Source of the DNA: Ostreococcus lucimarinus
Taxonomy: Eukaryota
Assembly: GCA_000092065.1 (NCBI GenBank)
Contig: CP000601.1
Direction: 5' to 3' (one strand)
Length of the DNA: 64,000 nt
Shown here: piece after piece, positions 20,598 through 29,833 of the stretch
How positions within the stretch are numbered: position 1 is the stretch's first letter
Layout of the letters: each line of letters begins with the position of its first letter
Notes under the pieces: model-generated
What the model saw: only the letters and a program-made list of their open reading frames with translations
The model's database searches: none
Told to the model about the DNA's origin: nothing
Translations under genes and position numbers: made by a program

Positions 20598-20715
20598 TAG
20601 ACGACAGGCAGCACGGGGCGATCGCTTCTACGCTGGGGAAAAAATTAATAATAAATGACTCCCGTCATATGTCACTACAGCACTGTAAAATCTAATGAGG
20701 AGAAAACGTCTCATG

Positions 20716-22362
20716 CTAATCGTCTTCCTCGCTATCCTCTTCCTCGTCGTCTTCCTCGTCCTCGTCTTCGTCGTTATCGTCGGTTTCGTAATCTACTTCA
20801 TCGTCCTCCTCGTCTTCCTCCTCGTCTGCGCTGGCTGACTTTTTCGGCGCAGGTTCGGAGTCTTCATCCTCACCTGGGTTCACGAAGCCGTCTTCCAACA
20901 CCCAGCCGTGCTGTAGGAGTAACTCATACACACGAATAGCCTTGAGTGGGTCTACTTTGAACATATTCCGAACGTGATTTCTGTTGAGCGGCTTTTCGGA
21001 CTTGAGACCCTCTCGCATCAACTCCACCTTCATCGAGAGATACTGCACAGGCAATAAGCGACAGCTCCTGCACAACTCCTTTTCGTCGTCGTTCAAAAGG
21101 TCTACGCCTGGAAGATCGGCGAGATCAAGTGACAAGTACATTCGACGGCGAGGACCTAAGCTCGACGTACGAGGCGTCGGGATCACGGATACCGTCTTGT
21201 CTTCGTCGTTCATGCGAGTCAACTGCTCATTGATTTGTGTGGCATCTCGCACGATGAACTTGTTCGCTCTGGCTATGTTCTTGCTAGTTGGATGCTCGAT
21301 CGCGTGTAGACGAGCGAACTCCGTCTCACGACGACGCTTCTCCAAATCGTAATCCTCGCCCTCTGCGATGGTATGAATACCATTGCGTCTGTACTCTTTC
21401 AGTTCGGTGATGCGGGTTCGGATTCGGTGCTCCGCGGCGAGACCCTCGAGCAAGACGTCGTACTCGGTACTCGTGAGAAAGCGTGCAAATATACGCATGG
21501 TGCCGTGTAAGTCGCGCTCGTATTGTGAACGCTTCTTTTCCACGTTTTGTTGCTTTTTCACGTTCAGCAGATTGCGTTCGAGAATGAATTGTTTTCTTCT
21601 CGCTCGTTCTTGAAGCCGGCTGTTGTAGATTTCAATCATTCGCAGCTTCATCTGGACGTCTTCTTCGGTGTCGTTTTCGCGAAATTCCATCTCCGCCAGG
21701 GGAAGTTCGGCATCCATGTCGTATTCGGGATCGAACTCATTGCGCTTGATGTTGTAACCTGTGAGTTCCTGCACGTTGCCCTCCGTCTTCACTGCGTTCG
21801 GGTTAGCAAGCGATTCGAGAAGCTTCTCCTCCTCCTCCACATCCTTATTTTCGTTCGCCTTTTGCTCCGCCTCCGCTTTGAGCTCGTCTGATGTCATACG
21901 CGCGACGCCTTTTCCTAAAATCTTCGACATATCCGGTAACGGCGCGCAAGGAGACTTGACGTAGACTTCAAAATAGTGCGCGTGACACTGCGCGCGCGTC
22001 TTCGTCCCGACGTGTTCGCTCACCTCGGTCCAGTTCCCCAACCCGAACATCTCCACTGCCTCCAGCAATAACAACTCTTCGTCAGCCCCCCAATCTCGCG
22101 TGAACAGCGGAAACGACATGTTGTCGATGACGTGATACTGATGATACGCCTTGTGCGGGTGCGGCTCCACGCCGACCGCGAAGCACTCCGTGCACAGATC
22201 CACGTTTGCGCACTCCGCGCACCGTACGCGCACCACGTTCGAGATGTCCTTTTGGCAATAGTTACAGTTAAACAGTGCGCACGACTCCCCGTTCCCACTC
22301 AGCTTCGTCATCGCGTTTTCCGTCGCCACCCGTCGCCGTTTCGGCACGAGCGCGCTCGCCAT
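20716..22362 (-). CDS. ADA2: Transcriptional adaptor ADA2, with ZZ zinc finger, SANT and SWIRM domains and an acidic C-terminal tail.
   Basis: CNYCQKDISNVVRVRCAECANVDLCTECFAVGVEPHPHKAYHQYHV (ZZ); DWGADEELLLLEAVEMFGLGNWTEVSEHVGTKTRAQCHAHY (SANT); IRVYELLLQHGWV (SWIRM). The ATG is at 22362. Confidence 0.9.
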   Translation of the reverse strand: MASALVPKRRRVATENAMTKLSGNGESCALFNCNYCQKDISNVVRVRCAECANVDLCTECFAVGVEPHPHKAYHQYHVIDNMSFPLFTRDWGADEELLLLEAVEMFGLGNWTEVSEHVGTKTRAQCHAHYFEVYVKSPCAPLPDMSKILGKGVARMTSDELKAEAEQKANENKDVEEEEKLLESLANPNAVKTEGNVQELTGYNIKRNEFDPEYDMDAELPLAEMEFRENDTEEDVQMKLRMIEIYNSRLQERARRKQFILERNLLNVKKQQNVEKKRSQYERDLHGTMRIFARFLTSTEYDVLLEGLAAEHRIRTRITELKEYRRNGIHTIAEGEDYDLEKRRRETEFARLHAIEHPTSKNIARANKFIVRDATQINEQLTRMNDEDKTVSVIPTPRTSSLGPRRRMYLSLDLADLPGVDLLNDDEKELCRSCRLLPVQYLSMKVELMREGLKSEKPLNRNHVRNMFKVDPLKAIRVYELLLQHGWVLEDGFVNPGEDEDSEPAPKKSASADEEEDEEDDEVDYETDDNDEDEDEEDDEEEDSEEDD

Positions 22363-22487
22363 GGCGCCGAATGCGATGCCGAACGCCGATGCCGATGCGT
22401 CGCGTTACCTCCGCGTCCGCGTTCCCGTCGCGCGCGTCCTCGACGGTCGTGCGCGCGCTCACTCGCGTGCGTTCACGCGCGACTCGC

Positions 22488-22489
22488 GC

Positions 22490-22539
<50 letters not shown>

Positions 22540-22540
22540 T
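22488..22540. repeat. (CGT)n trinucleotide microsatellite of about 17 units, upstream of ADA2.
   Basis: cgtcgtcgtcgtcgtcgtcg... read directly. It appears as poly-S, poly-V and poly-R in the track ORFs. Confidence 0.5.
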
Positions 22541-22680
22541 GAAACGACCGCGCGCGTCGGGACGTCGTGAGACCGCCCGCGGTGTCAAACACACGGACCA
22601 TCACAATCACCCGCGCGCGCGACCGGGTGGATGGCGCGCGCGACGACGTCCGCCTCTACGCGACGCGTTCGACGCGCGAC

Positions 22681-23954
22681 ATGGCGACTCAAATGCAGCT
22701 CAGAGGCGTGCTCAAGGGGTGCGTCGCGCGAATCGATGATCCGAGCGCGCGTCGCGTCGCGTCGACGGCGAACGCGCGGCGAACCGATCGTTCGTGGAAT
22801 AGGGTCTGCGCCATCGAACGAGGCGGACGTTGACGCTCGCGGCGGCGGCGCGCGGCGATGGGACGCGCGACGACGGCGACGCGTTCGTGCGATGATTATT
22901 TCACGCGTCGAACGCGCGTCGTCTCGAGCGCGTGACCGTTCACGCGAAACGGACTCGAGCTCGACGAGCTCGATCACGACGTCGAACGACGACACTAACC
23001 CACACGTTTTTTTCATTTCCGCGCAGGCACGAAAACTGGGTCACGTCCATCGCGACTCCGTTGGATAACTCTGACATTCTCTTGTCGTCCTCGCGAGACA
23101 AGACGGTGATCCTTTGGAACCTGACGCGCGAGGAAGAGAACTACGGTTACCCGCGCCGATCGCTTCACGGACACTCGCACTTCGTGCAAGACGTCGTCAT
23201 CTCCTCGGACGGGCAATTCGCGCTCTCGGGGTCTTGGGACGGCACCCTTCGATTGTGGGACCTTAACACCGGTACCACCACCCGACGCTTTGTCGGACAC
23301 ACCAAGGATGTCCTTTCGGTGGCTTTCTCCGTGGACAACCGCCAAATCGTCTCCGGCTCCCGGGATAAGACGATCAAGTTGTGGAACACGCTCGGCGAGT
23401 GCAAGTACACGATTCAAGACGCCGACGCGCACTCCGAGTGGGTGTCGTGCGTGCGCTTCTCCCCGGTCACCTCCAACCCGATCATCGTGTCTGGGGGCTG
23501 GGATAAGCTCGTCAAGGTCTGGAACCTCACCAACTGCAAGATTCGCACCAACCTTGTTGGTCACACCGGCTACATCAACGCCGTCACCGTCTCTCCGGAC
23601 GGTTCCTTGTGCGCCTCCGGCGGCAAGGATGGCGTCGCCATGCTTTGGGATCTCGGCGAGGGCAAGCGATTGTACTCCCTCGATGCGGGTGACATCATTT
23701 ACGGCTTGTGCTTCTCCCCCAACCGCTACTGGTTGTGCGCGGCGACCGAGTCCTGCGTCAAGATTTGGGACCTCGAATCCAAGTCCATCGTCGACGAGCT
23801 CCGCCCGGAGTTCCCGCCGGTTGGCAAGAAGTCCCAACAACCGTACTGCACCTCCCTCCAATGGTCGGCGGACGGTTCCACCCTCTACACGGGCTACACC
23901 GATAACGTCATTCGCGTTTGGTCGGTCGGTTCCGTGGGCACCGGCATGATGTAA
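22681..23954 (+). CDS. RACK1: RACK1 (receptor for activated C kinase 1; G-beta-like WD40 protein). Two exons: 22681..22718 and 23027..23954, with an intron 22719..23026 (308 nt).
   Basis: Exon 2 is nearly identical to human RACK1 ([98 protein letters not shown]...). The conserved N-terminus [13 protein letters not shown] is encoded 308 nt upstream. A GTGCGT donor follows the G codon in phase 2, and the acceptor ttttcatttccgcgcag sits before GHENWVT. The spliced product begins [24 protein letters not shown]. Confidence 0.9.
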
Positions 23955-24102
23955 GCGGCTCACGCTTACTGGCTTTCGTTCACGTTCTTAGCAAATAGCG
24001 AGACTGTGTAATTGAACGAAGCAACGCCTGCTCAAACCAAATTCCTAAACGCGCATTCAACTAAAATTACACATCATCGCGCCGCATCTAATCGTGACGT
24101 AG

Positions 24103-24879
24103 CTATCGTCTTCGTTTCACGCCCGTGCTCGGACCGTCCTCGTCCATGTCCTCGTCCTCGTCGACGCGCTCGGCGACGTCCGGCTCGGCGGCTTTGAGTT
24201 GTTTCTTCGTCTCCTCTATCGCGGCGTTGAGCTCGTCCTCGCGCGCCAGTGATTCCGCTTTTTCACTCGACACGTACGCAATTTGCTCATTCAAACTCGC
24301 CAACATCGTTTCCGTTATCGCGTGCCACCGCGAGACGTCCGCGATGACGCCGTCGAGCGCGCTCGCTCGCGCGTCTCTCGCCTTCGCGCGTCGAACCCGT
24401 AAAACTTTATTTTTCGGATCGAGCCTTCCCCACACGATTTCTCCCAGGCACTCGTCGACGATGAACTTTTCCATCGCGCGTTCGCTCGTGAACTCCAGCT
24501 CTCGCATCAATCGTACGTACGCGATCGTCCCTCCCTCCGCGCACAGCGCGCACGTCGACAGTCGCTTCAGTTTCGCCTCCTCGCGCGTCGTCAGCGTCGG
24601 CAACTTTTCGTTTGCCGCTCGCGCGCGATATTCGCGCAGCGTGCCGTGCGCGAATATTTCCACCATCGCGCGCACCTCCGCCGCGCACTCGAACCCCTCC
24701 GTGCGCTCCATGGCGTGCAGTATCTTCGTCACGCGCATCGCGTCGCGCGCCTCGAGCGCCTCGCCGAGCGCGTCGCGATCGAGCGTCTTCGTCGTCGCGA
24801 TCGACGTCGCGCACCGCGTCACCGCGCCGTCGTCGGGCGTCATCGACGCCATCGCATCGTCCTCGTCGTCGGCGCGCAT
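24103..24879 (-). CDS. CSN7: COP9 signalosome subunit 7 (CSN7), a PCI-domain protein.
   Basis: PCI/winged-helix block LSTCALCAEGGTIAYVRLMRELEFTSERAMEKFIVDECLGEIVWGRLDPKNKVLRVRRAKARD, co-linear with CSN7 ([45 protein letters not shown]). Coiled-coil, acidic C-terminus. Confidence 0.7.
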   Translation of the reverse strand: MRADDEDDAMASMTPDDGAVTRCATSIATTKTLDRDALGEALEARDAMRVTKILHAMERTEGFECAAEVRAMVEIFAHGTLREYRARAANEKLPTLTTREEAKLKRLSTCALCAEGGTIAYVRLMRELEFTSERAMEKFIVDECLGEIVWGRLDPKNKVLRVRRAKARDARASALDGVIADVSRWHAITETMLASLNEQIAYVSSEKAESLAREDELNAAIEETKKQLKAAEPDVAERVDEDEDMDEDGPSTGVKRRR

Positions 24880-25011
24880 CGCGAGCGAACGACGCGCGCG
24901 AGTGTCGATCGATCGGCCCCGAATCCCAATCGCGCCATCTGTTCATCCATCCATCCACGCATCCATTCTTCTCTCCGCGGTCACATCGCGACGTCGGCGC
25001 GGTCGAGGGCG

Positions 25012-27615
25012 ATGCGAGGCGGACGACGCGACGCGATGCGCGCGCTCGCGCGACGATGCGCGGGCGCGACGACGGGCGCGACGACGGGCGCGACGACGAC
25101 GACGACGACGACGACGACGGCGCGGCGGTTACCGCGCGCGCGCGAGCGACGGGTCGAGCGGGACGCGGGACGCCGCGCGCTGGCGACGCGGGCGGCGCGG
25201 GACGTCGAACTGACGTGCGCCGCGTTCGCGGTGTGGGGGGCGAACACCGCGGTCGGGAAGACGCTGGTGTCGGGAGGACTGGCGCGCGCGGCGCGGAGCG
25301 CGGAGGCGGGGACGCTCTTCGTGAAACCCGTGCAGACGGGATTCCCAGAAGATTCAGACGCCGCGTTCGTGGCGCGCGTGAGCGGTGGCGTGGAGAGCAT
25401 GGGCGAACACGCGGCGGTGGCGGCGGGAGAAACGGCGAGGAAAGGATTAGAGGGCGATCGAGGGGCGTGGGCGCACACCGAGTTTGCGTGGCGACGCCCC
25501 GCGGGGCCGCACGTGAGCGCGGCGGAGGAGGGGAGAGGCGTTTTAGACGATGACATCGTGCGAGCGACGTCGAGATATTTGAGAGAATTCGCGGAAAAAA
25601 TGCGAGCGAACGAATCGGGGCAGCAGCGAGCGTTGGCGCTCGTCGAAACCGCGGGAGGGGTGGCGAGTCCGGGGCCGTCGGGAACGCTGCAATGCGAGCT
25701 TTTGCGCGGGCTACGATTGCCAGCCATACTCGTGGGTGACGGGCGTTTGGGCGGGATATCTGCCACCACGGCCGCGTACGAATCACTGCACGCGAGAGGG
25801 TACGACATCGTCGCCATCGTCATGGCGGACGATGATGGTTTGGCCAATCACAAAGCCATGGCAAAGATTTTGCCGAGCGAAACCCGCGTCTGGGCGCTTC
25901 CGCCTCTGCCCCCAGAAGGACAAGCGGACGCTTGGCTCGAAGACTCAAAGCACACGTTCGACGATTTACTGAAATACATCACAAAATGGCACGACGATCG
26001 CATCAAAACTCTGCAAAGTCTTCCAGACGAGGCTCTGACGAAGATTTGGTGGCCGTTTACGCAGCACGCGATGGTGGAGCGCGACGCCGTCACGGTGATC
26101 GATGGGAGATATGGTGAAGATTTCGCAATCTACGCCCAAAACACGCACTCATCGAAAGATGGCTCCATAGTACTTCGCTTTGATGGTTCAGCGAGTTGGT
26201 GGACGCAAGGTTTGAGTCCAGAATTGCAGCAAGAGTTGGTTCGCACCGCGACGCATGCGGCGGGACGATTCGGGCACGCGATGTTTCCAGAAAACGTGCA
26301 CCAGCCCGCCGTGGACGCGACGACGGCATTATTAGAAGGACCTGGGAAAGGTTGGGCAGCTAGAGCATTTTATTCCGACAACGGATCGACTGCGACAGAG
26401 GTTGGGTTGAAAATGGCTTTTCGCAAGTTTTACGTCGACGCAGGCTTTGTGTCTAAAGACGGCAATCAGAGAGCGAAAGATCTCGTCAACAAAGGAGCCG
26501 ATGACTTACCTCCGCTGCGAATAATAGCATTGGATGGTTCGTATCACGGTGATACTCTCGGTGCGATGGATATGCAATCACCGAGCGTTTTTACGGGTCC
26601 AATGCAAACGCCCTGGTACCAACCTCGCGGACTGTTCCTTCAGCCTCCGAGTTTAGCGATCAGAGAAGGACGTTGGAACGTGGCGTTGCCGCGTGATGGA
26701 TTATTGAACGACGGCGATCGACTCTTCCGCGAAGGCAAAGATGTGGATGAGAACACCAGTTGGACTAGCAAGGAGGCGGCTTTCAACATCGCTGCGCGTC
26801 TCGACAGCCCGCTCGCAAAAGAATACAAAATTGCGATCGACAAAGTCTTAGAACGCGCCGCGAAAGACGCCAAGGATAATAACATGGGTCACGTCGGGGC
26901 TTTAATCATGGAACCCGTGCTTCACGGTGCAGGTGGGATGGTTTTGATTGATCCGTTGTTTCAAAACATTCTCATGAAGTCGTGCCGCGAGCGAAAGATT
27001 CCAGTCGTCTTGGACGAGGTATTTGCTGGCATTTGGCGATTAGGCACGGAAGGTGCGTGGGAAATCATAGGCGAAAAACCCGATATTTCGTGCTACGCAA
27101 AACTTCTCACTGGTGGGCTCATTCCCATGTCAGCCACGCTCGCGACGGCGGATGTCTTCGACGCTTTTTACGGCCCTGGAAAAGCCCAGGGCTTGTTACA
27201 CGGGCACTCGTACACGGCATACCCCATGGGATGCGCCGTGGCGGCGAAAGCGCTTTCTATGTACAAAGACCCCGCGAAAAATCGCAACGTGATCGTCTCA
27301 AAGTCTTCGAGTACGGGCGAGCCTACGTCGGTGCTTCGCGAGCTCTGGGACGAGGACGCGTTGAAGAAAATTTCCACTTTGAGCAACGTTCGCCGAGTCA
27401 TCGGTCAGGGTTGTGTCCTCGCCGTCGAGCTCGAGGTCGAAGGTGAAGGTGGTTATAGCTCCAACGCCGCTCGAGACGTCGTCATGCGTCTTCTTCCCCA
27501 CTCCATCCAAGCGCGTCCTCTGGGTAACGTCGTCTACCTCATGTGCGCGCCGACGACGTCCAAAGACGCGTGCGACGTCCTCTTGAGCGCGCTCGCGACA
27601 GAGCTCGCGGCGTGA
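25012..27615 (+). CDS. BIO3-BIO1: Bifunctional dethiobiotin synthetase / 7,8-diaminopelargonate aminotransferase (BIO3-BIO1 fusion, as in land plants).
   Basis: N-terminal DTBS P-loop VWGANTAVGKTLVSGGLARAA. Class III aminotransferase C-terminal half (GSTATEVGLKMAFRKF; LIMEPVLHGAGGMVLIDPLFQ; DEVFAGIWRLG). The track start at 24646 overlaps CSN7 on the other strand, and the first sensible ATG (MRGGRRDAMRALARR) is at 25012. Confidence 0.85.
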   Translation: MRGGRRDAMRALARRCAGATTGATTGATTTTTTTTTARRLPRARERRVERDAGRRALATRAARDVELTCAAFAVWGANTAVGKTLVSGGLARAARSAEAGTLFVKPVQTGFPEDSDAAFVARVSGGVESMGEHAAVAAGETARKGLEGDRGAWAHTEFAWRRPAGPHVSAAEEGRGVLDDDIVRATSRYLREFAEKMRANESGQQRALALVETAGGVASPGPSGTLQCELLRGLRLPAILVGDGRLGGISATTAAYESLHARGYDIVAIVMADDDGLANHKAMAKILPSETRVWALPPLPPEGQADAWLEDSKHTFDDLLKYITKWHDDRIKTLQSLPDEALTKIWWPFTQHAMVERDAVTVIDGRYGEDFAIYAQNTHSSKDGSIVLRFDGSASWWTQGLSPELQQELVRTATHAAGRFGHAMFPENVHQPAVDATTALLEGPGKGWAARAFYSDNGSTATEVGLKMAFRKFYVDAGFVSKDGNQRAKDLVNKGADDLPPLRIIALDGSYHGDTLGAMDMQSPSVFTGPMQTPWYQPRGLFLQPPSLAIREGRWNVALPRDGLLNDGDRLFREGKDVDENTSWTSKEAAFNIAARLDSPLAKEYKIAIDKVLERAAKDAKDNNMGHVGALIMEPVLHGAGGMVLIDPLFQNILMKSCRERKIPVVLDEVFAGIWRLGTEGAWEIIGEKPDISCYAKLLTGGLIPMSATLATADVFDAFYGPGKAQGLLHGHSYTAYPMGCAVAAKALSMYKDPAKNRNVIVSKSSSTGEPTSVLRELWDEDALKKISTLSNVRRVIGQGCVLAVELEVEGEGGYSSNAARDVVMRLLPHSIQARPLGNVVYLMCAPTTSKDACDVLLSALATELAA

Positions 27616-27857
27616 TGTAACATTATACTATTTTTGTGTTGTCATCGCGTCGTTTTCGCTCCACTCTCTCCCCCCTCGACGACTTCATCGCGTCGTTTGT
27701 CGAGCACAGTCTCTAAAATCTCGTCCCGGTGCCGAGCGCGGTTCGCGAACCTCGACCGACGTCCCATCGCGAGGTCGTTAAAAATAATCGCGATCGGATT
27801 GCGGCGCGTGTTCGTCGTCATAACGCGTCGTCGTGCGTCGTCAGACTCGCCGTCGAC

Positions 27858-29621
27858 ATGGCTGATCAAGTCATCGTCATCGGCGGTGGTCTCGCGGGCC
27901 TGTCCGCGGCGCACACCGTCATCGAACACGGCGCGCGCGTCGTGTTGCTCGACAAATGTTCCTTCCTGGGCGGGAACAGCACGAAGGCGACGAGTGGGAT
28001 TAACGGAGCGTTGACGAAGACGCAGGCGCGGTTGAACATTCCCGACAGCGCTGATAAGTTTGAAGATGATATCATCAAGGGCGCGGCGGGCGTCGGGCAC
28101 ACCGAAGCGCCGGCACACACGGTGCCGCTCGCAAAGGTGCTGGCGCAAGGAAGCGGTTCGAGCGTGGATTGGTTGATGGAAAAGTTTAACCTTGACTTGT
28201 CCCTCGTCGCGCAGCTCGGTGGGCACTCGTTCCCGCGAACGCATCGAGGCAAAGAGCGGTTCCCAGGGTTCACGATCACGTACGCCCTGATGGAGGGGTT
28301 GGAGAAGATTATGGAGGAGACGAATGGGGAAATTGCGCGAATCGTGACCAAAGCCGAGGCAAAGCGGTTGCTAAAGGACGGAAGTGGTACCGTGATCGGG
28401 GTGGAATACGAGAAGGGTGGCGCTTTACATCAAGAGTACGGTCCAGTCGTCATCGCTACCGGTGGTTTCGGTGCGGATTACCAGTCAGACTCGTTGTTGA
28501 AAAAGTACCGACCCGACTTGCAGGCGCTGCCGACGACGAACGGTGACCACTGCACGGGGGATGGAATCAAGATGGCCTTGGCCGTCGGAGCGGATACGAT
28601 CGATATGGAGTCTGTGCAAGTGCATCCTACCGGATTAGTCAACCCTTCAGAGCCAGATTCCAAGGTGAAGTTCTTAGCCGCCGAGGCGCTTCGAGGCGTC
28701 GGAGGCATCCTCCTGGACGCAGACGGGAACAGATTCGCCGATGAGCTCGGTCGACGAGACTACGTCAGTGGTGAAATGAACAGAAACAAAGGGCCTTTCC
28801 GTTTGATTCTGAACGGCAAGGCTTCAAAGGAGATCGAATGGCACTGCAAGCATTACGTCGGGCGAGGCATCATGAAGCGTCACGATACGGGTGCCGAAGT
28901 TGCAAAAGAAATGGGCATCAGTCCACAAAAGCTCGCCGACACCTTTGCCAAGTACAACGAAGCCGCTCGAACGAAGAAGTGTCCGTTCGGTAAAAAGTTT
29001 TTCACCAACGCTCCGTTCGAAATGAATGATTTCTTTCACTCCGCCATCGTGTGCACCGTCGTGCACTACACCATGGGTGGACTCGCCATCAACACTGATT
29101 CGCAAATCGTCGGGTCGTCAGGACCGATTCCTGGTTTATACGGTGCGGGCGAGGTCGTTGGGGGTATTCACGGCCGTAACCGACTCGGTGGTAACTCTCT
29201 GTTGGATTGCGTCGTCTTTGGTCGCGTCGCGGGTGCCTCAGTTTCTCGACACCTCATGGCGACGGCTATCAAGGCGCTTAGATCTGGTCAATCCGTCGCT
29301 CTTAATCGCGTCGCTAACTTGAACGACAAGATCAACCCATCCATGAGCACGGCGTCCGCCGCGCCAGTGTCTAGCGGTGGCGGTGCTCGCGCTATCACCA
29401 TGGATGAAATCGCGAAGCACAACTCCGAGGGCGACCTCTGGGTCATCATCGAGGGCGCCGTTTACGATCTCACGACTTTCTTGCCCGATCATCCAGGTGG
29501 AAAGAAAGCGATCATGCTCTTCGCCGGAAAGGATGCCACTGAAGAGTTCAACATGCTCCACCCTCCGAACGTCTTGAAGAAATATCTCTCTCCAGACGCG
29601 AAGATTGGAACCGTCGCGTGA
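27858..29621 (+). CDS. Soluble FAD-dependent fumarate reductase (OSM1 / flavocytochrome-type) fused to a C-terminal cytochrome b5 domain.
   Basis: The FAD-binding motif VIVIGGGLAGLSAAHTVIEHGARVVLLDKCSFLGGNSTKATSGINGA and the FRD/SDH flavoprotein core. The C-terminal 80 aa (DLWVIIEGAVYDLTTFLPDHPGGKKAIMLFAGKDATEEFNMLHPPNV) is a canonical cyt b5 heme-binding domain. The ATG (MADQVIVIGGG) is at 27858. Confidence 0.85.
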   Translation: MADQVIVIGGGLAGLSAAHTVIEHGARVVLLDKCSFLGGNSTKATSGINGALTKTQARLNIPDSADKFEDDIIKGAAGVGHTEAPAHTVPLAKVLAQGSGSSVDWLMEKFNLDLSLVAQLGGHSFPRTHRGKERFPGFTITYALMEGLEKIMEETNGEIARIVTKAEAKRLLKDGSGTVIGVEYEKGGALHQEYGPVVIATGGFGADYQSDSLLKKYRPDLQALPTTNGDHCTGDGIKMALAVGADTIDMESVQVHPTGLVNPSEPDSKVKFLAAEALRGVGGILLDADGNRFADELGRRDYVSGEMNRNKGPFRLILNGKASKEIEWHCKHYVGRGIMKRHDTGAEVAKEMGISPQKLADTFAKYNEAARTKKCPFGKKFFTNAPFEMNDFFHSAIVCTVVHYTMGGLAINTDSQIVGSSGPIPGLYGAGEVVGGIHGRNRLGGNSLLDCVVFGRVAGASVSRHLMATAIKALRSGQSVALNRVANLNDKINPSMSTASAAPVSSGGGARAITMDEIAKHNSEGDLWVIIEGAVYDLTTFLPDHPGGKKAIMLFAGKDATEEFNMLHPPNVLKKYLSPDAKIGTVA

Positions 29622-29833
29622 TTTGACACGTAACTCGGTCGCCTTAAAACTCGCATCTTGCGCTTATAACAACACTCCATTTACTGTACGTACATCACGG
29701 TTCGATAGCGGTTTTGTCAAATAAAATTCGGACTCACTTTCACGTTATCATTAGCGTGCGTTAAGTTTACAATAACTACTAATTGAAGCGCGTTGCAGAT
29801 GTATACTTGATGGGTGCCCGCGCGCGCGGGCAT

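Noticed and set aside
23013-23963. 316-aa minus-strand ORF opposite RACK1 and a 219-aa plus-strand ORF at 23290
   Set aside because: Shadow ORFs. RACK1 on the plus strand is near-identical to orthologues over this exact interval.
24407-25847. Minus-strand ORFs of 459 and 288 aa opposite BIO3-BIO1, and the plus-strand 313-aa ORF at 24612
   Set aside because: These are antisense or frame-shifted shadows of the BIO3-BIO1 and CSN7 coding regions, and they are poly-R/S/P junk.
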